64,000 bases of DNA from an uncultured Planctomycetota bacterium (GCA_963845755.1 CAWJTV010000015.1:64001-128000), one strand, 5' to 3'; shown: positions 43,985 to 55,774, counted from the first letter of the stretch. The notes: generated by a model not told the origin, from the letters alone. A program made the numbers and translations.

Positions 43985-46900
43985 TCAGGGTTCGTTTACG
44001 TTGAGATTCGCGTTCAAGACTTTGCTGATCCGGAACTGGATCTCCTTGAGGTGGGCCAGGGTGGTGTCCTCCATCTTGAGGTCCTTCTTGCCCACGAGGG
44101 TCTCGATCTTCCGGCCGACTTCGTCGAGGTGCAGCCGGGCGAGGTTCTTGGCGTCCGGCGGGGGCGAGGACTGGCCGCCGTAAAAGAGGATATACCGGTA
44201 GCCGCCAAGTGAGTAGTCGTTCTTGGGCCCGAGGACCATGTCGCTGAGCCGCTTGACGTATTCGCGCTGAAGGTTGCGGCGAATTGTCGAGATCGTGAAC
44301 GGCGAGCTGCCCGAAGGTGGCGCGCCCAGCTCGGTGAAGATCCCGTCGCTCAAGGAGCGGAAGACCTCGGCGATCTTCAGCGGGTTGCTGCCGGCCTCGC
44401 TCTGCGTCTCCTGGTTCTGGATCCGCTGGAGCACGCTGGAATCGAGGCACTGATCCAGTGCGATTTCCTGGAGGTTGAGGATCATCCGGTAGATGGGGTA
44501 ATCCATGCCGCCGTAGAAAGAGTAGCGACTGTCCTGCCACGACTCGGTCATGAGCTTGCGCAGCAGGCCGGGCGAGAACTGAAACGCCTTGTCGCTGAGG
44601 ATCTGGTCCACCAGCAGTTTGAGGGCGTCGCGCTGGCGGGCGCCCACGATAGGCGTGATGGGATCGCGCGCCTTGTCGGTCCCCTTGAAGTCGCGGTTGA
44701 CCGACTGACCGCCGATGTATTCGGCCGCGAGATAAGCCCCATTGCCGAACTGGCTGATGCAGGAGGAGAACGCGCTGCGGAGCCGCGCCGAGGATTCCCC
44801 GTCCTTGACGACCTTCTTGTCCAGGTCCTTGAGCAACTCGCCGGCCAGGGTCATCCGCATCTTGCCATAGGCCAGGGTGTCGGAGGTCAGGTCGTACGTG
44901 TTGACCTGGGGATCGTTGTTCATGAAGTCATCGTCGGTGGCGAAGGCCAGGTCCGGCTCGGGCGATCGGGAGGCGAGCTTCTTCAGCTCGGATTCGTCCG
45001 TCGTGTAGGCATACGCGATCGCCCAGTAGTCGTAAGGCCCGATCGTAGTCGAACGCGTAGTCCCCCTGCTTCTGGCCCTTGGGAGCCACGTTGATAGGGT
45101 TGTAGTCCATCACGCTGCCGGCCATCCCCTTGACCCGGGTGATCGCAGTATCGTTGACCTCCTCGGGCTTGAGCATGATGCTGGCCTTGAAGTTGTGCCG
45201 CAGACCCAGCGAGTGGCCGACCTCGTGCATGACGACTTCCTTGATCGCCTGGCCGAGGAACTCATCCGGGAGCTTGACTTCTTTCTCCTTTTCCTTGTCC
45301 TTCTTGTCCTTGTCGGCGTCCTTCTTGTCCTTGTCGGCGTCCTTCTTCTTGTCCTTGTCGGCGTCCTTCTTCTTGTCCTTGTCGGCGTCCGCGTCCTCCG
45401 AAGCGGCCATGGCCAGGGCCAGGCTGGCGAACCGCATCTCGTGGGACTTGGCCGCCGCGTAGTTGCAGGTGGCCAACCGGCCGTTGGTCAATCGCTGGCG
45501 GAGCTGGACCTGGATCGGATCCCATCCTGCGGGCACCACGTCGAGCGCGACGGGGATGTTCCCGTTCGCTGGCGCGACCGAGCCGGGCAGGCCGTTATGG
45601 CCGAGCAGCGCCGCATTCAGGGCCGCGGCGCGTCGGGTGCCCGGCGGGGGCACGGGCAGCCCATAGCCTTGTTTCATCGCCATGATCGGGCTGATGATCT
45701 CCCCCATGGCCAGGGGGACCATGCCGGCGGAGAGATCGGCCCGGGTTCCCGTGGCCGTTGGGGTCGGTACGCCGACCAGGAACGCGTACTCTTCCTTCCA
45801 CGTCTTGATCCAGCTCGCGTCGAAGATCACGTCGCCATCGATCATTTCGCCAGTAATCGGATTGCTACGGAGTCCCGACATCGCGAAGGTCGAGCCCGTG
45901 GTAATCCAGCGCAGGGTGCAGTAGTTGATGTCCTCCGGTTCGAAGTCATCGCGCTCGTTCTGCCAGCGCACGGCGATGGCGTCCTTGAAGCCGATCTTCT
46001 CGAAGGCCTTGTTCCACTCGAGGATCCCCTCCTGGACATAGGGCCGATATTCATCGGGCACGTTGTCTTCGATGTACCAGACGATCTGCTTCTTGGGGGG
46101 AGAGCTTGGCGCCGTGGTTGGCCTTCTCGAGCCGCCACCGATTGATCATTCGCTTGGCGTTGGTGTCCGGATTGGGGTTGGCGAAGTCGGTGACCGCGTT
46201 GAGGAAGTGGCCGACGCGGTAGTCCGCCATCCGGGAGTGATATCCGGGATCCGGCGTCTTGCACAGGCTGTAATGCAACACCAGGGTGATGCCGCGCGGG
46301 TCGACCACGGGCGATTCACCTCCGAAGTAGTACCTTCCGAATCGGCCGCCGCTGAAGGTCGCCTCCACCTGGATCTCGACATTCTCGGGATAGGCGCGGA
46401 TCTTGAACCATCGCGAGCGGTTGCGGTCCAGGAACCCGTAACCGATCTCGGCGAAATCGGTCATGAAGATGTCGGCGAAGTCGATGACCAGCCCGCCGCC
46501 CCTGGGGCTGATGCTCAGGATCGGCAAGGCCATGAGGATCGAGTCGGTGTAGTTCTGCTTGACCGCCTTGTCCAGCGGGGTTCCCGACGGCGCGGTGAAG
46601 TGGATGTTCTTGCGGATGAGCTGGAGCTTGTCTCCGACCCGGTGGAACATCAGCACCCACTCATCGCCGAAATTGAGGGGCGTCCCCGCGCTGGCGGAGC
46701 CCCGGGCGATGACCATCGGAGCCAGGATCGGATGATCGAGCAGTTGCGGCTTGATCTCGGCGTAGAGGTGCTGGTCCTTCTCATGGAGCGTGATATAACC
46801 TTCGTAGGTCTTCGCGCCCTGGGTCAACTGGTTGAAGTCCTGAAACTGCCGTCCTGGCGTCGGGCGGCCGAACTGTCGGGCCGTCGACCGGACCTCGACC

Positions 46901-47004
46901 GCGACAGGGGGGTCTTCGAACTCCTGGGCGTACGTTGACTGCGCGATGCCCCCAGTCGCTAACAAACCCCCGGAGAGCGCCATCAGAAGCACTCGCTTTA
47001 TCAT
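43985..47004 (-). CDS. Secreted zinc metalloprotease (DUF5117/EcxA-like); frameshifts near 46095 and 45050
   Basis: DYRVGHF, INRWRLEK, GILEWNKAFEKIG, HEVGHSLGLRHN, SVMDY, IRRNLQREY. Confidence 0.9.
45297..45390 (-). repeat. Intragenic 21/24-bp tandem repeat encoding DADKDKK(K), four copies
   Basis: Repeated ttcttgtccttgtcggcgtcc units. Confidence 0.85.
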
Positions 47005-47218
47005 CGCTTCGTCCCCCAATCAAGGTTGCTCGTGAAATGGTGTCGTGATCGACATGATCAATCCGAAAAGTCAGCCTCGGCCTTGCGGTTTCGCCATGCG
47101 TCAAAGACGATGTACCTAGAATACACCTCGCCTCGGACGATAGTAAATGTTCTAGTGAATTCGGTCGGCGGGTCTTCGATCCTTAGTCCATGGTCTTTCG
47201 TCCTTTGTGATCAGACGC

Positions 47219-47858
47219 ATGACACGACATTTTGCAAGCGGGCTCGGCTTCGCGAGGGGTTTGCCACATTTGATACGGTTCATCGTGTGCCTCGCCCTTC
47301 TGGCGGCCCCGGGCTGCTGGCACGGGGAGCCAGTCCCCGCGGACGATCCGAGCCGGCTGACGATCACGCTCGGTAGCCGGGCTTTCTCCGACGGCGGGAT
47401 AATCCCCAAGGAGTACACGTGTGATGGTGCGGATCGCTCGCCGCCCCTGGAATGGTCGGGAGTGCCGCACTCGACTCGATCCCTGGCTTTGATCTGCGAC
47501 GATCCGGATGCACCCATGGGGACCTGGTCGCACTGGGTCCTCGTCCATCTGCCGCCCGGGGTGAAGGCACTGAAGGAGGGGATCCCGCCCGAGAAGGAAC
47601 TGCCGCACTCGGCCATGGAGATGACCGAGAACTCGCAGCCCCAGGCGCCGGCAGCTCCAGGGGAAGAACGACTTCGGCAAGTTCGGCTATGGGGGACCAT
47701 GCCCTCCCGGTGGGACCCACCGGTATGTCTTCCGGCTCTATGCGCTGGATCAACAAATCGAGCTGGCCTCGTCTCCACCGACGCGTTCCGACGTCCTCAA
47801 GGCGATCCAAGGTCACATCCTGGCCGAAGGGCGCCTGGTCGGAAAGTACGCGCGATGA
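47219..47858 (+). CDS. YbhB/YbcL (PEBP) family protein, probable lipoprotein; frameshift near 47665
   Basis: YTCDG.DRSPPLEW, DDPDAP.GTWSHWV, GYGGPCPP.GTHRY.F.LYALD. Confidence 0.9.
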
Positions 47859-47863
47859 AGCGT

Positions 47864-49427
47864 GAGGTTTGACTGGTTGAAATCGACCAGGTGGATCTTC
47901 CTCATTCGGTTGTGCGGAGCTCATCGGAAGGTCGTTCGGATCGACGATCGCCGACCGAGGAAGGGCCGGGATGGCTTCGTTTTGCGATGTCTCGTGATCG
48001 ACCGCCGGAGCCTTGGGTTCGATTCGCGAATCACCATGAGTTCGGACTGCGTACACGAGGATGACGATGAGCATCATCGCGGAGATCAGGGCCGGTACCA
48101 GCGGCACCCGGCGATGCGAGATCGCCGCGAACTTCGGCGAGGTGGGTTGGTTCGGCGGATTCTCGCGATCGAGCGGCGGGGACGCGGATTCGAGTTGCGG
48201 ATTCCGCACCTCGCTCGTCCCGGTCGTCGATTCAGGCTCGGACATCATCGCGACGACTCCGCTCGCCCGCTCGATCCCATCAACTTCCCTCGCTCCGTCA
48301 TCGCTTTGCCCGACTTTGATCTCCGCGACGTATCCGTTCCCGTGTTCTGTCCTCTCGGTTTTTGTCTCAGCGTGCTCTGCGATCGCTGGGAGGACGGTGT
48401 CCACTTCACTCGAGGCGGTCACGCCGGATCGTCGGAGTTTGAGGAACGTATCGAGGCTGCGGAGCAGCGACCGACTGCACGAGAACTGGTAGCGACGCAG
48501 CCGCTCGCCCTCGGTGCTGGTGTCGAACGACAGGAGGGCCGCTTGCCGGGCCACATCGGCCTCGGCGCGACGGCGATGCTCGGCGGTCAGCGGCTCCAGC
48601 CGCGCGATCGCCCGGTCCGCGACGCTCCGCAGCTCCTCGATCGTCGCCGCCTGGTCCTGCGCCAGTCCCTCGACCAACTGTCGGTCCAGCTTGCGCGCCA
48701 GGTACCCGTCGATCTCCGGGTGCGGGTTGGCCCGCCGGCGCTCGCAGTGGTTCTCCCACTCCTCGGCCGTCAGGTTCAGCGGCGGTTTCCCCAGCAGGCG
48801 GATCGCCCTGGACTTCTCGATCGATGGCCAGGGCTGGCCCTGGTCGAGGAGGGTGCGGAGCTCGATCCAGCGGTCGAGCATCCACTGGCAGCCGGGACCG
48901 GTGGATTCGAGCCGGCGGACGATGGCCCCGGCGTGATCGAGGACGTCGAGGGGCCGGGAGGTCTGGGACTTGCGGCCCGGGAGTAGGGCTTCGAGGATCT
49001 GGCTCTGAAGCTTGATGCTTCCCGATCCATTGCGATCGCTGAAGAGCCGACGGCCCAGCGCGGCGGCCTCTTCCTGCTGACGGTTCGCTTCCAGGACCGG
49101 CAGCGTTTCGATGATGTGGGACAATCGGGCGACCTCGGCGCGATCGGCCCGATCTAATTTCCAGGAGGACTGCACGGCCTGCTCGACCAGGAACTGCTCG
49201 ACGTCGTTTTGAGGCTGGAGGTTGCCGATCCAGGAGTCGAGTCGCTCTTGAAGCGCGTCGGGATCCTCGCCGGGCAAGACGAGGGTCCTGGCGGTCATGC
49301 CGTGCTTGACGGCGTTGAACCGGGAGCGGTTCTTGCCCTCGGGTGTCCGGGGTCCGGTGCTCTTCTGGGCATTGCGGCGGTTGATCTCGGCCCGATCGGG
49401 CCTGGACAGAGTCGCGGTCGCGGTCAT
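47864..49427 (-). CDS. Hypothetical protein with NRRNAQKSTGPRT motif; 3' end uncertain
   Basis: NRRNAQKSTGPRTPEGK..SRFNAVKHG, FDTSTEGERLRRYQ, low-complexity tail. Confidence 0.7.
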
Positions 49428-50057
49428 GAGGTAGGCCCCTGGTGCGGATTCCTCGGCAGTCGTCCTTAGCGTCAGATCGTGTCGCCTGGCTCGACGGCGC
49501 CGCGCCGCCGTTTACCCATACGATCCGCACGAGCGCGCTCCCAGTTGCATAAAAATTGTTGCATGTCGGGGTTTTCCGATGGCGGAGCGCCGGGATTGTG
49601 TCTACAACCCATTATCGAGTCAACAGTTACACCGAAAGGTGAGCCGTGTGATATTTCCTGGAAAAACCGAAAGTGGTCATGCGCCCGGATCGGGAAACGA
49701 TCGTGAGGTTTCCCGGGGCCGAGAGTCAACGTTGCGGTCGCCGGAGCAACCCGAAAGTGAGTGGTATGAATTCGTCAGTCCCTGTTGAGGCCCCCGGGAC
49801 CGATGCCTCGCCTCACGAGGGTTTGACGCTGGTGCAACGAACCTGTGCCGCGGTATCCTTAACAGAGGCCATGGTCCGTGTTGTGAACGTATGACAACTG
49901 CGAGAGAGGTGCGGTTTACAAATATCCGCTGTATAAACGGTGAATATCCCCATCCTATCAACGGAATCCGTGACGTCGCGAAAGGAGATAGGTCAAGACT
50001 GCGGTGTCAAGCCTCGACTAGTATCCACCCTTGCCAGTTGGTCAGGGAGGATTAAGC

Positions 50058-50270
50058 ATGCGATTACCGAGGATGACGATGCGCCGGTGGATGATCACTG
50101 TGGCTCTCCTCGGGATCGGCATGGCAGTCTGCTCCCATTGGAGGGCATTACGCGCACAGCAGCCACGAATCCGCATAGACCTCTTCCCGATTGACCCGCC
50201 ACCTTTGCCAGAGGGAGTCGATCCTTACGACCAAGATCGCCCGCCCTATCCATCGTCGCTCGACCTGTAA
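50058..50270 (+). CDS. Small protein with MRLPRMT.RRWM N-terminal hydrophobic leader
   Basis: GGAGG RBS; MRLPRMTMRRWMITVALLG. Confidence 0.55.
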   Translation: MRLPRMTMRRWMITVALLGIGMAVCSHWRALRAQQPRIRIDLFPIDPPPLPEGVDPYDQDRPPYPSSLDL

Positions 50271-50300
50271 GCGATCATTCATACTTGAGCCGGACAGGCG

Positions 50301-50350
50301 GGCGCGGGACGACGGCCGGACGTGCAAGGGGTGATCCAGAGATCAGACTT
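50301..50350 (+). repeat. Dispersed 50-bp intergenic motif, copy 1
   Basis: GGCGCGGGACGA..TG(C/T)AA.GGGTGATCCAGAGATCAGACTT; recurs at 56859-56908 and partially at 56802-56839. Confidence 0.75.
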
Positions 50351-50364
50351 GCCAGGAGGGACCC

Positions 50365-50792
50365 ATGCGAGTGCCCAGGATGACGACGCGACGATGGATG
50401 ATGTTCGTCTTGGTCGTTGCGCTGTTGATGGGCATGATCGTTGGCGGAGTCCGGCTCAGGCAACGACGTGAGGACCTCGCAATCCACGCCATTCACCACG
50501 CGATGCAGAAGGCTCAGTGCGAGCCCTCAAGGTTAACGCAGAGGAAATGCTCATCTTCCGTTCTCTTCGTCTTCAGATATTGGGGCCAGAGCGAAACGGG
50601 GGATCACCTGATCCCCCATCAACTGACAAAGCGCGCATGGATAGAGCGAAAGCTGCCAAGCCAGATTGGCAACACGAAGTGAGCCGGATGGAGCGAGCGA
50701 TCGCTTACCATGCCGCGATGCGACGCAAGTATGAGGATGCTGCCCGGCGCCCGTGGTTCCCTGTCGCACCCGATCCGCCGGAGCCGAACTGA
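50365..50792 (+). CDS. Small membrane protein of the MRxPRMTTRRWM...YHAAM.RKYE.AA..PW..V.PDPPEP type, frameshifted
   Basis: ORFs 50365..50682 and 50517..50792 supply the N- and C-terminal motifs. Confidence 0.65.
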
Positions 50793-50825
50793 AGACTCCG
50801 GGTGCATCGCGTGATCGATAACTGA

Positions 50826-51759
50826 GAACGGGCGCGGGAATCCTAGGCAACCCGAATTCCCGCCGTCTCCTGGGTCAGGCGCCGCAACATCAAGCGAATC
50901 ATCGCCACCTGAACCATCGCTTCACCGGTCTCGTTCCAGTACTCGTAGTGCTTGCTCAAACGGCGGCAACTCGACAACCAGGAGAAGGTCCGTTCTACCA
51001 CCCAACGCTTCGGCAAGAGTTTAAATCCCTTGACATCATCATTTCGCTTGACGATCTCCAGGATCCACTCACAGAAGGAGCTCACCCAACGGATCAACTT
51101 TCCCGCATAGCCACCGTCGGCCCAGACCCGCTGCAACCGCGGCCACGATCCCAAGAGTTGGGCCTTGGCGAAGACCAGTTTGGCGCCATCGCGGTCCTGG
51201 ATGTTCGCCGGGTGTACCACCACGGCCAGCAACAACCCCAGCGTATCCACCAAGATATGCCGCTTGACTCCGTTGATCTTCTTGCCCGCATCATAACCCC
51301 GCTGACCACTGGTTCGAGTCGCTTTGACGGTTTGACTGTCGATGCTGCCGGCGCTGGGTTCGGCGTCTCTCCCAGCGGCTTGCCGGACTTGACTGCGGAG
51401 CGTGTCGTGAATCCGCTGCCACAGCCCGTTACGACGCCATTGGTGAAAATAGTCCCGGACTGTCCCCTCGGGAGTGAGAAAATCATGAGGCAAAGCCTTC
51501 CAGGCACAGCCCGTGGTCAGGACGTAGTAAATGGCATTGATCACCTCGCGAAATGGCGTCTTCCGCGGAGCACCCGCCGGCAGAGGCGGCGGCAACAACG
51601 GTTCGATGATGGCCCATTCGGCGTCGGTCAGGTCACTGGGATAGGGCTTGCGGGGGGTGGTGGCCATGCGAGACTCCCGGGGTTGAGACAACAGTTGCCA
51701 GCCGTAGTTGACCCAAACCCCTGATCCCTGTCCAGACCCTCAAGATTCCCGCCCCGTTC
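50826..51759 (-). mobile_element. IS5-family (IS1031-like) insertion sequence, 934 bp
   Basis: IRs GAACGGGCGCGGGAATC and GATTCCCGCCCCGTTC, flanked by a TGA duplication (50823-25, 51760-62). Confidence 0.88.
50843..51667 (-). CDS. IS5-family transposase
   Basis: YPSDLTDAEW, TGCAWKALPHDF, IDSQTVK, GYDAGKKINGVKRHILVDTLG, WADGGY, RWVVERTFSWL. Confidence 0.95.
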   Translation of the reverse strand: MATTPRKPYPSDLTDAEWAIIEPLLPPPLPAGAPRKTPFREVINAIYYVLTTGCAWKALPHDFLTPEGTVRDYFHQWRRNGLWQRIHDTLRSQVRQAAGRDAEPSAGSIDSQTVKATRTSGQRGYDAGKKINGVKRHILVDTLGLLLAVVVHPANIQDRDGAKLVFAKAQLLGSWPRLQRVWADGGYAGKLIRWVSSFCEWILEIVKRNDDVKGFKLLPKRWVVERTFSWLSSCRRLSKHYEYWNETGEAMVQVAMIRLMLRRLTQETAGIRVA

Positions 51760-51909
51760 TGAGACGTGACACGCGGACATCGGCTCGGCCGGAAGGTGTA
51801 AAGTGTGGTCCGGTATCGAGACCTGCCAGGGTAGAGCCATGCGTCATCCGCCTGCGGCGTTCTACGGCGGACTTTGCCGGGGTGCCTTGCTCGCTCTTGG
51901 CGTCGAGAT

Positions 51910-52045
51910 CGCCTCCCCGCCACCACGCAAGACTCGCTTCCGGCTGCTGGCCAGGCTCTGCCGGCCGGGATTCGTTCACCCGCAGGGTCGCGACGAAAGG
52001 TCTCCGAGTTCGAGCCTCTTCCTCTCTCGAGCTTGCCTGACGCTA
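51910..52045 (-). mobile_element. Group II intron 5' (domain I) remnant
   Basis: Minus strand TAGCGTCAGGCAAGCTCGAGAGAGG..ACCTTTCG..ACCCTGCGGGTG..AATCCCG.CCGGCAGAGCCTGGCCAGCAGCCGGAAGCGAGTCTTGCGTGG resembles bacterial group II intron 5' ends; no RT ORF or domain V seen. Confidence 0.65.
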
Positions 52046-52078
52046 CGACACCGATTTCCCGCCCCCGGGGGATGCTCA

Positions 52079-55000
52079 TCATTTCCTCTTGGAGGCGATC
52101 TCGGCCAGTGTGCCTAGCACTTCGCTGATGACAACGGAGTCGATCTTGCGGAGCGGGATGCGCTCCTTGCCCCTGGGGTGCCCTTTCGTAGGGTTGTAGA
52201 TCCCCTGAAAGAAGAAGCATCTCTGGACCTCTTGATCCTCCGATTCCCTCTCGTGGCCGATCCATACGCCATCATATTGAATGACGGCGGTGACGTCCGC
52301 GGCTTCGAATGGCTTGGAGTGCTCGCAATAACCGCCGCCGCCGAGCTCGGTGCTGCCCCGGGTCCAGCCGTCCCGCTCGAGGGTCCCGACCAGGCTGATC
52401 GCCGGCACCTTGAACCCCTCGTTGCGGACGATCTCCTTGGCCTTCACCTCCTCGGGATCGAGCCGGTGGATCGCGCGTCCGAGCTGCGGGAACGGCGGGA
52501 TGATCTCGTAGTCGCCGAAGATCTGGCCCCAGGCCGACCGCTGCGCGTCGCTCAGGTGCAGCGGGTGGACGACCCCCACCCGGGCCAGGCCCTCCAGGCG
52601 ATGGGTCGAACTCGTTGACGTCGGCGTAGTCGCGCTCCTCGGTGACGCGGAAGGTCGAGACCAGCTTCCCGGTCTCGTCATAGCCGCCCCAGAGGAGGAG
52701 GCGCACCAGGTGGATCATGAGCGGATGGCGGACCAGCAGCGCCTCGAAGTCGGCCGGGCTCCAGCGCCGGCCGGTGACCATCGCCTGCTCCAGCCGTTCG
52801 GCCTGCACCTTGGCCACCTCCCGCACCTGCTTCTTCAACTGCTTCCACACCTCGACGGCGGCACCGGCCAGCGCCGCGTCGTCCTTGGCGGCCGGCCTGG
52901 GCAGATCGTCCTTGAACTTGCCCTCCTCGTCGCGGACCATCGGCTTCATCTCTGGCCCGAGTGCGAACCCGAACCGGCGCGGGCCGAAGTCGAAGACGCG
53001 GCCGCCGCGCTCGTCGAGGTCGCAATCGGGGACGATCCGGTCCTCCAGCTCGGGGCGTGACAGGCCCCGATCCCGGGCGATCGCCTCCATCATCTCCGCC
53101 GCCTTGGCCTTGAGCGCCTTGAACGACAGCTTCTGGGCGATCCCGTTGAGCTGCATCAACGCGGCATCGGTCCCGATCGCCCGCAGGCACTCCAGGCCGA
53201 GGACGGCGCGCTGATGCTGGTTCTCGCCGGGCCAGGCCCGGACCAGCGGGCTCAGCTTCAGCGCCGCGGCGTCGGAGCCGAGCAGGCCCAGGCGGCCCAT
53301 GGCCCACTTCTCCTTCGGCGGACCACCATCGGCCAGCCAGCGGTCGAACAGGGACAGGACGAAGGCATCCAGCGATCGGCGATCGGCGTGCGCCTTGAGT
53401 GCGGCGACCAGCGGATGGGGCGAGTCGAGCGTGCTCCGAGCCAGTGCCGCGAGGGCCGTCTTCACTTGCTCCGGATTCAGCCTCTTCCCCGCCACGAGGA
53501 TCGGCTGGAGCTGGTCGGGATCCACCCAGCCCGGCGGCCTGAGCGGCTTCGCCCCGGCGAGAGCCGTCCGGAGCCAGTCGGGCGTCGTGTCGTCATCGAG
53601 TGCCGGGATGGCCTGGTCGGCCCGCTCCAGTACCTCACGCCGGAGCTTCTCAACCGTCTCCGGGGGGGCCGCGGCCAGGCACTCGCGGATGAATCCCTCA
53701 CGGCCCTTGCCGCTCTGGGCGCGGAGGTAGTCCACGGCGGCGTCGGCCAATTTCCCCCTGGCGGCAGCCACCGGAATCAGGCCGGGGATGGCATGGCCGG
53801 GATGCTGGTCCAGCCACTTCCGGCGCCGCCGGGGGCCCTCGATGCCAACCTCAGCTCGAGCATCGGCACGGCCGCCCTGGGCGATTTGACCAGCGCCAGG
53901 ACGTCGATCAGCTCCGCGCAATGCTCCTTGTTGGCCGCGGCCAGGATGCTGTCCCGGATGAGGTCCAGCGAGTGATCCTCGGTATGGGCGAGCCAGCCGC
54001 GGATCTCGTCAGGACTCTTGAGTAGGAGTTTCAGCCGGCGCAGTCTCCGAATCGACGGCCGCCGGGCTCTCGAGTCCCAGGACGAGGAGCTGCGGCCGCT
54101 GACGTTGATCGCCATATGGCTCCGAAACATAGAAATCATCGGGGATACTCTCGACGAGGCGGCGGACTTCCTCGTGGAGTCCCAGTGCGGCGGCCAGGTA
54201 GTGTGCCAGTGGGAGGCGGCCATAGTGGTAGAATGGGGGGGGCGAAGTCTTGCGCAGGCTGGCCCGCACTTCATCCTGCATGGTGCGGTGTTCCAGGTCG
54301 TCGAGATAGGGCAAGACGTGTCGGTGGAACCAGGCGAGCACCTCGTCGTCCCCGCCCTCTTCCGGGGTCTCCTCCAGGCCCCAGATCTCCCGCGCCACGG
54401 CGAGAAAGTTGCCTGGGGTCAAGAGACCGAAGGCGACGTGGCCCACATAGCCCTGCCCGATTAGCTCCGCCGTTTCCTCGGTGGTGACGGGTTTGCTGAA
54501 GGCCTCGCTCTGGGAACGGACGGCGTCCATGAGCTTCGTTGGGGGGCGATCTTTCAACCTGACCGAGTTGGCCACGGACATGGCGACGATCCAGAAGCGG
54601 GCTTCCTCGCGGCTCATGATCGTCGCGCGCAGTGCCTTGCTCCAATCGTCGACATAAAAGGCCCCGGCACTTCGCCTCACTCCGGCCAGACGATCCAGGC
54701 AATCCTCCAGGTCGAATGGCGGCGGCTCGGGCCGTGGCCTCGGCGAGCGGGGCCGCCAGGTCGCCCAGAGCCAGTCGTCGGGATCGAGCTCGATGACGCG
54801 GGCCGCCGAGCCGGCGGCCGGCGCCGCCTCGGCGGCTGGGGGCGCCGACGCGGGCTCGGGAGGTGATGCGGCCTCGGCCTGAGCGGGCCCGGGCGGGGCC
54901 GTCGCGCCGTCCGACGGCCCGGCAGAGCTGGCGGTGGCACCGACCATCTCCGAGTAGCCCTTCTTGAGCTTCTCGGCGATCAGCTTGTCATGCGACGTCT

Positions 55001-55151
55001 TCGCCTCGTCCGTGGTGGCGAACTCCTTGGTTTGAGACTGCCCGGCCGTGCCGATCCGGCCGAACCGGACCGTGTGCGCCGTGCCGTCCAGCTCGATGCA
55101 CCAGAACTTCCGGATCGCGCCCTCGATGAGCTGGAACTCGCGCCGACTCAT
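52079..55151 (-). CDS. WGR plus DUF4132 domain protein, several frameshifts
   Basis: KFW.I..VRFGRIGTAGQSQTKEF..LIAEKLKKGY (WGR); LNGIAQK..LEDRIVPDCDLD, RLEQAMVTGRRW, PFPQLGR, SEVL. Confidence 0.88.
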
Positions 55152-55268
55152 GGATCGCCTCCAGTCCTTCGTCGGATGTCGTTGCTGGATGCGTGATAAC
55201 CATCGACAGCGTATCGCCAACGAGCCGCGTTGGAAAGCGGCCGGCGCCTCCCCGACCGACCGGGCGAC

Positions 55269-55451
55269 TCATGTTCCTTTCGATTCCAGGACACCCAGGG
55301 TCGCCAGCACCTCGCTCGAGCGCCACCGGGTCCACTGCGCCCAGCGGCAAGACATCCTCGCTCTCGGAGCCCCACCTGGGCGTATAGAGCCCCGGCACGA
55401 AGAAGCACTTCTCGAGCTCCTGGTCCTCCCAGCCTTCCATGAAGGGATCAC
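55269..55451 (-). pseudogene. 3' remnant of a second DUF4132 gene
   Basis: EDQELEKCFF.PGLY..LPLGAVDPVA..SEVLATLGVLESKGT parallels the C-terminus of the downstream gene (EDQEVQRCFF..SEVLGTLAEIASKRK). Confidence 0.7.
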
Positions 55452-55631
55452 TTCAGAAGTTGCACACTATCGTACGCTAAGGCCGTCTCTATATGATTCG
55501 TTTTAGGGACGCTGCCGACCTTGGCCCTGAGAATCGGGTAAAAGCCGTCCCAATAATCCATCCATTTATTACGGGGCGTCTCGAATGACGTTCGGCCTCG
55601 GGACCGCCGATCACCCCGTCGGAACGCGACG

Positions 55632-55774
55632 ACTCGTTCCCACGCTCGGCGTGGGAACGAGTTAAATTGAAAGATTGAAAATCATAGAAATTTTGACACG
55701 TTAGCGAGGTCTCCGGGTGATCTCGATCCGACGCGGGATTGTGACTCGTTCCCAGGCGGAGCGTGGGAACGAGT
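55632..55774. repeat. Two REP-like palindromes
   Basis: actcgttcccacgctcggcgtgggaacgagt (55632-55662) and actcgttcccaggcggagcgtgggaacgagt (55744-55774). Confidence 0.8.

Noticed and set aside
49430..50050. ncRNA or riboswitch in the long intergenic region
   Set aside because: No recognisable conserved motif or terminator by eye; a covariance-model search would be needed.
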